Virus record (IMG/VR): IMGVR_UViG_3300020045_008173
Coordinates: 1-41,338 of that record
Length of the DNA: 41,338 nt
Reading direction: 5' to 3' (one strand)
From: a virus
Lineage: Duplodnaviria; Caudoviricetes
The position numbers and the translations under genes are program-made. Under the pieces are notes generated by a model that searched no databases, was not told the origin of the DNA, and saw only the letters and a list, made by a program, of their open reading frames with translations. Shown here in pieces: positions 38,207 to 41,338 of the stretch (its first letter is position 1; each line of letters starts with the position of its first letter).

Positions 38207-38463
38207 TTGTGCAGCACTAAAGGGTGGTAGTGGTTTATAAGACGATTAAAAATAAAATCGCGGACTTGGCTGTCGTCAGAGCCTTGAGCAAAGAACATCG
38301 GAATCTTAGGCTTAGACTTTGTTCTATATTCCGCAATTACCAAATAGCTATTTGCTTCAGGGATATCCCGTGTCATAATTCGCTTAGGTGGTAATATACC
38401 ACCATCGCCATTTGCTTGTTTCCTTAATTCCTCAATAAAATTGATTTTAAGGGTATTTGTCAT
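38203..38463 (-). CDS. Hypothetical protein
   Basis: 86 aa; GAGGAG RBS. Confidence 0.65.
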   Translation of the reverse strand: MTNTLKINFIEELRKQANGDGGILPPKRIMTRDIPEANSYLVIAEYRTKSKPKIPMFFAQGSDDSQVRDFIFNRLINHYHPLVLHK

Positions 38464-38559
38464 GTCGGCTTCTCCTCGTTTTTTAACGAATTAACTCTTA
38501 TATAATAGTTGCAGGATTATAGGGAAGATGCAATACTAAAAATAAACTGGAGGTTAGAT

Positions 38560-38733
38560 ATGTTAGACGAAAAAGAAACTGAAGAATACAAGGTATGGCG
38601 TGATATTGAGAGATTTGGTGTCTCTACTCGGGGCCAAGATAGCTGCGACAAATGGATACATGTATCGCTTGGGATATTGATATTCTTATTGCTTGGATTT
38701 GGTATCACCGTTTCCTTTTGGGCTTTCTCCTAA
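38560..38733 (+). CDS. Small membrane protein on the opposite strand (probable start MLDEKE)
   Basis: GGAGGT RBS at 38549; C-terminal TM helix WIHVSLGILIFLLLGFGITVSFW. Confidence 0.6.
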   Translation: MLDEKETEEYKVWRDIERFGVSTRGQDSCDKWIHVSLGILIFLLLGFGITVSFWAFS

Positions 38734-39138
38734 TAGATCTAGCACAAAGTTTACTGCCACTGCGACATTATAAGTAATTAAATAAGGCATTTGCATCTCG
38801 TTGGTCTTATCCGCAAACATTTTTTGATCTCTTGCGGTAGAGTCCTGAAGCTTGAGTGATTTAGCAATATGAGCCTTTAGACTCTTCTCGTCTGCTTTCA
38901 GCTCAATTGCAGCCCACCCACCCTTGTATAATAGTAGGTAATCCGCAACTCCTGGAATAAACCCTAAGCTTTTGATGTGATTCATCCATATAGCAACCTT
39001 CATCCGAGTAGAGGGAGTATCTGCTGGTCTTTGCTCGTTAGGTATATGTAATAGGTGAAATGGCTGCTTAATGAGGCCATAGTTAGCCATTTGCATAATT
39101 TCTTTATAGAAAGCCCTGCTAATATTTTTTTCTGACAT
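38686..39138 (-). CDS. VRR-NUC (PD-(D/E)XK) nuclease
   Basis: HIPNE, G..PGVADY, AIELKA, QK.F motifs. Confidence 0.8.
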   Translation of the reverse strand: MSEKNISRAFYKEIMQMANYGLIKQPFHLLHIPNEQRPADTPSTRMKVAIWMNHIKSLGFIPGVADYLLLYKGGWAAIELKADEKSLKAHIAKSLKLQDSTARDQKMFADKTNEMQMPYLITYNVAVAVNFVLDLLGESPKGNGDTKSKQ

Positions 39139-39210
39139 ATTTCTGCTTAAATTTTAATCATTACCTTGTAGGCTGCAATAAGCTTACATTACAGCCTACT
39201 AATAAGCAAG

Positions 39211-39233
39211 TTATGCACAGAAATTGTGAATAA
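39211..39233. promoter_or_regulatory. Inverted pair of DnaA-box-like 9-mers
   Basis: TTATGCACA (39211-39219) and TGTGAATAA (39225-39233) both fit TTWTNCACA; intergenic. Confidence 0.45.
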
Positions 39234-39235
39234 TT

Positions 39236-39907
39236 CTAGTCGAGTCCGAGCCTAAGTTTCTTAGCCCAACGCCCCAGTACGCCATCTTTTGCTTGGGTTG
39301 TCTCAACTTCATCGACCATTTCAATGTCCATTAATAGCTCAGAATGGTCATTAAACGCCTGCGACGCAAGCGGCTTTTTGCGGAATCTACGCGGTCTTGA
39401 GCGGGCTTTTTCAACGGCTTCTTTGATTTTAGGAAGATCAGCTTCTGCCCAGTATCTTTTATTGTGGGTTGGTTTTGGTACGGTGCCTTTTTTAATGAGG
39501 ACACGAAGCCATGTATAGCTGATATCAAGAACCTTGCAAAGTTGCATGCTATTTATCATGTCTTCAGGTTTTGTGGTCATAAAATCGGGATTTATGGCTT
39601 TGAGACTTGCGCCTTGTGCTGACGCTTTTGATAATAAGGTTTTTTTTGGTGTTTTTAGTTTTTTGGGTTTTGGGGGGATTATAGAGAAAACACGTTGGCC
39701 GTCTGATGTAGGCATTGCGACAGCAGCCTTTCCTATCACGCTGCATGTTCTTATATAAGGCTTAATATCAGCCTCATCTGGCTTTTCCTGTGATTTAGCC
39801 AACTCTTCTAGAAGTAAATCTATCTGAAGCTGGGCTAATTCGGCTTGTAATTCGGTAATTAGTTTGGTGCGAGTTTCGGCTATTTTAGTTTTTGTAGTTT
39901 CGTTCAT
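39236..39907 (-). CDS. Protein with AlpA/MerR-like HTH domain
   Basis: MINSMQLCKVLDISYTWLRVLIKKGTVPKP....RYW...DL. Confidence 0.65.
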   Translation of the reverse strand: MNETTKTKIAETRTKLITELQAELAQLQIDLLLEELAKSQEKPDEADIKPYIRTCSVIGKAAVAMPTSDGQRVFSIIPPKPKKLKTPKKTLLSKASAQGASLKAINPDFMTTKPEDMINSMQLCKVLDISYTWLRVLIKKGTVPKPTHNKRYWAEADLPKIKEAVEKARSRPRRFRKKPLASQAFNDHSELLMDIEMVDEVETTQAKDGVLGRWAKKLRLGLD

Positions 39908-40359
39908 TTTTCCTCTGCTTTTAGTTCATCTTCAAGTTTTTTAAGTTGTTTAGCTAACTTAGCAAGCTCTTCTTTCACAAAATTTATATCCTTATAGGAT
40001 CCCGCCCCTATAATGCCTTTTTCCATCTTCTCTGCCAATTCTTTCATCCCTGGTAGCTTTTTTATCAACTCAAATGGCCACGCATCCAAAAAATGACCGC
40101 AATCAAAGCCGATTACTCTATTACCTTTAGTATCTGTTTCGTTAAAGGTAATTCCGCCGTGTACATCTAATTTTGAAACAATGGGAGAGAATATACCGCC
40201 GCTTAGCGCAGAAAATAGTGGAGAGTCGCCTGGAATTACAACATATCCGCACCAAGTAAAAATTATTGGACTTCTAAGCGCTTTACATCGAAACGCGGTT
40301 TCTTCGTCTTCCCAAGAATCGCTATCTATATCTGCATCGGTTATTTTATTATTGGTCAT
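39904..40359 (-). CDS. Conserved phage hypothetical protein
   Basis: WCGYV, DVHGGITF, IGFDCGH..D, YKD..FV..E...LA.QL family pattern. Confidence 0.8.
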   Translation of the reverse strand: MTNNKITDADIDSDSWEDEETAFRCKALRSPIIFTWCGYVVIPGDSPLFSALSGGIFSPIVSKLDVHGGITFNETDTKGNRVIGFDCGHFLDAWPFELIKKLPGMKELAEKMEKGIIGAGSYKDINFVKEELAKLAKQLKKLEDELKAEEK

Positions 40360-40856
40360 TTTTCTTCCTTAGGATCATACCTATTTTCTATTCTTTCTTT
40401 TAACCCCCGTTCTTTCAAACTTATATAGTACGAATGATGTGCTATCATCACTTCTTTCTTATCTGCATCCTTAGTAGCTCTGATTCGTCTTCCTAACCTT
40501 TTAATTCCCTCAGCTTCTAATTCTTTAAGGAATTTTAGAAGATATTCTGACATTACCGTGGAAGGTTCACCTTCAACATGCTCCTGAAAACCTAATAAAA
40601 CTAAAATCATATTATATTTAATAAATAATGGCCTTAAGTTCTTTTCACTAAAACTATAAGGAAAGAAGACCCGTTTTCCACGTGAATTTGCATAGACGAA
40701 ATGTAAGATGGCCTCTTTTCTATCATAGCTGATAACAAACCTCATTATCTTTAAAATAGATATTATAAGATCCATTGATATTCCATTTTTATCAAAATTC
40801 ACAATTTCATAACCATCCATTCGCCTCCGTTCCATTATTGGGAATTCTTTTCTCAT
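40356..40856 (-). CDS. Hypothetical protein
   Basis: 166-aa ORF coupled to the downstream gene. Confidence 0.65.
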   Translation of the reverse strand: MRKEFPIMERRRMDGYEIVNFDKNGISMDLIISILKIMRFVISYDRKEAILHFVYANSRGKRVFFPYSFSEKNLRPLFIKYNMILVLLGFQEHVEGEPSTVMSEYLLKFLKELEAEGIKRLGRRIRATKDADKKEVMIAHHSYYISLKERGLKERIENRYDPKEEK

Positions 40857-41048
40857 TTCTTCGCCTTCAGTTAGTTAAAAACACAACATATAGTAGTAAC
40901 AATATAGACCTCTTGTTATAACTTAACCAATCTATACAATATCACCCCAAAACATGCAATAACTATTATATAAACCCATTGTAGAAATCAAATTATAGTA
41001 TATACTGTTCATAGATGAGTTACTATAATAATTTTGGAGGAGCTAAGT

Positions 41049-41338
41049 ATGTCTGAAAAAGAATTTAATATGCTTTACTGGCACGGACCCAGTATTAATA
41101 AGAAACAAGGTATGACCGAGACCGAATTTGATACCATTGTTGAAATTGGCAAAGATATGGGTTTAACAGTCTTGCCTGCAATGTCTGCAGAAGAACAAAA
41201 AGAGCTTATGGGTCTCGAAGAAAATCTCTCGCAGATCTTATTTTGTTTAGATGAATCAAAGGGTAATATAAGAATCCTTACGACTATAGATAGACTCACC
41301 ATGGAGCAGATAGAACTTGTTAAATCCTTTTTTAAGCG
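41049..41338 (+). CDS. Hypothetical protein, 3'-truncated by window edge (MSEKEFNMLYWHGP...); not in ORF track
   Basis: GGAGGAG RBS at 41036; frame open to the end of the window. Confidence 0.7.
   Translation, partial: MSEKEFNMLYWHGPSINKKQGMTETEFDTIVEIGKDMGLTVLPAMSAEEQKELMGLEENLSQILFCLDESKGNIRILTTIDRLTMEQIELVKSFFK

Noticed and set aside
41075-41302. 75-aa minus-strand ORF
   Set aside because: The plus-strand frame from 41049 has a strong RBS and is open to the edge, so it is the better call.

Overview
The whole window reads as most of a tailed dsDNA bacteriophage genome with podovirus-like architecture: tail adaptor/nozzle and internal ejection proteins, but no recognisable tape-measure or sheath genes. 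It is truncated at both ends: the terminase large subunit runs off the left edge and an ORF runs off the right edge. From left to right it contains the TerL nuclease domain; a leftward array of translationally coupled mini-ORFs sharing a junction motif; a divergent promoter with four phased 10-bp repeats; rightward small genes; a complete groES-groEL operon with an alphaproteobacterial RpoH-type promoter and a GroEL resembling Rickettsiaceae GroEL; and a duplicated gene pair. A ~30 kb minus-strand virion module follows (lysozyme, holin, five putative ejection proteins, tail genes, three tandem paralogous virion proteins, major capsid protein, cement protein, scaffold, a second divergent GroES, a GG-motif repeat protein, portal), then a VRR-NUC nuclease and an HTH gene. 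The most notable observations are: (1) three tandem proteins with a shared duplicated N-terminal domain fused to different Gly/Ala-rich amphipathic tails, together with a recurring double-glycine motif across several proteins, suggesting a capsid-loading/processing system for membrane-active cargo; (2) one GroEL with two unrelated GroES partners; (3) evidence that the host is an intracellular Rickettsiales-like bacterium. No integrase, DNA polymerase, helicase, tRNA or CRISPR array was recognised. All family assignments come from motif recognition and synteny, not from database searches.
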